From NCBI RefSeq assembly GCF_032444005.1, contig NC_091287.1:24366001-24427089 (forward strand): a DNA stretch of 61,089 nucleotides, given 5' to 3'. Shown here piece after piece: positions 60,630 to 61,089 of the stretch. Position numbers and translations under genes: made by a program. How positions within the stretch are numbered: the stretch's first letter is position 1; the number at the start of each line of letters is the position of its first letter. The DNA comes from Ranitomeya imitator. Its lineage: Eukaryota. Under the pieces are notes generated by a model. It did no database searches, was not told where the DNA came from, and saw only the letters and a program-made list of their open reading frames with translations.

Positions 60630-61089
60630 AATTAGATACATAGATAGATAATACATAGATTATAGATAGATAATAGATAGATAGATAATAGAGAATAGAT
60701 AGATAATAGATATTTAATAGATAGATAATAGATAGATATATTATAGATNNNNNNNNNNNNNNNNNNNNNNNNNNNNNNNNNNNNNNNNNNNNNNNNNNNN
60801 NNNNNNNNNNNNNNNNNNNNNNNNNNNNNNNNNNNNNNNNNNNNNNNNNNNNNNNNNNNNNNNNNNNNNNNNNNNNNNNNNNNNNNNNNNNNNNNNNNNN
60901 NNNNNNNNNNNNNNNNNNNNNNNNNNNNNNNNNNNNNNNNNNNNNNNNNNNNNNNNNNNNNNNNNNNNNNNNNNNNNNNNNNNNNNNNNNNNNNNNNNNN
61001 NNNNNNNNNNNNNNNNNNNNNNNNNNNNNNNNNNNNNNNNNNNNNNNNNNNNNNNNNNNNNNNNNNNNNNNNNNNNNNNNNNNNNNNGA
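60630..61089. repeat. (GATA)n microsatellite running into an N gap (60749-61087, 339 N)
   Basis: Visible directly in the sequence. Confidence 0.9.

Noticed and set aside
1-61089. CRISPR arrays, rRNA, tRNA genes or prokaryotic operons
   Set aside because: The tandem repeats have no unique spacers, no cas genes are present, and no tRNA cloverleaf or A/B boxes were seen; the content is vertebrate TE-type.

Overview
Non-bacterial, transposon-rich vertebrate DNA, most likely a frog (inferred from TTAA/AGG T2-type MITEs, TAG-ended hAT MITEs, Helitron-minisatellite elements and GATA tracts). No host gene could be identified; there is one unverified 84-nt candidate exon. Only two ORFs are credible. 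The first is the 1433-aa Gag-Pol of an intact Gmr1-like Ty3/Gypsy LTR retrotransposon (2913-8158; SCAN-domain Gag, integrase before RT), inserted in a 24-bp satellite. The second is a 345-aa DD34E Tc1 transposase (38523-39560). The rest consists of a decayed DD37E Tc1, another Tc1 relic, solo LTRs, many MITEs, two non-autonomous Helitrons carrying large minisatellites, several other tandem arrays and two N gaps. The very long ORFs in the supplied track are repeat artefacts. The most notable observation lies at 36.3-37.8 kb: a ~293-bp repeat whose monomer carries a canonical type I hammerhead ribozyme (stem covariation between copies) and snRNA-type promoter-like motifs (octamer, SPH-like, PSE-like), plus a CTCF-like motif. 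This resembles newt satellite 2 and other retrozymes. A second, Penelope-like family with a minimal hammerhead occurs at 27.0, 37.2 and 43.6 kb. A 6x38-bp array at 16.4 kb contains six perfect DR3 nuclear-receptor elements. All coordinates were read by eye; no database searches or folding programs were run.
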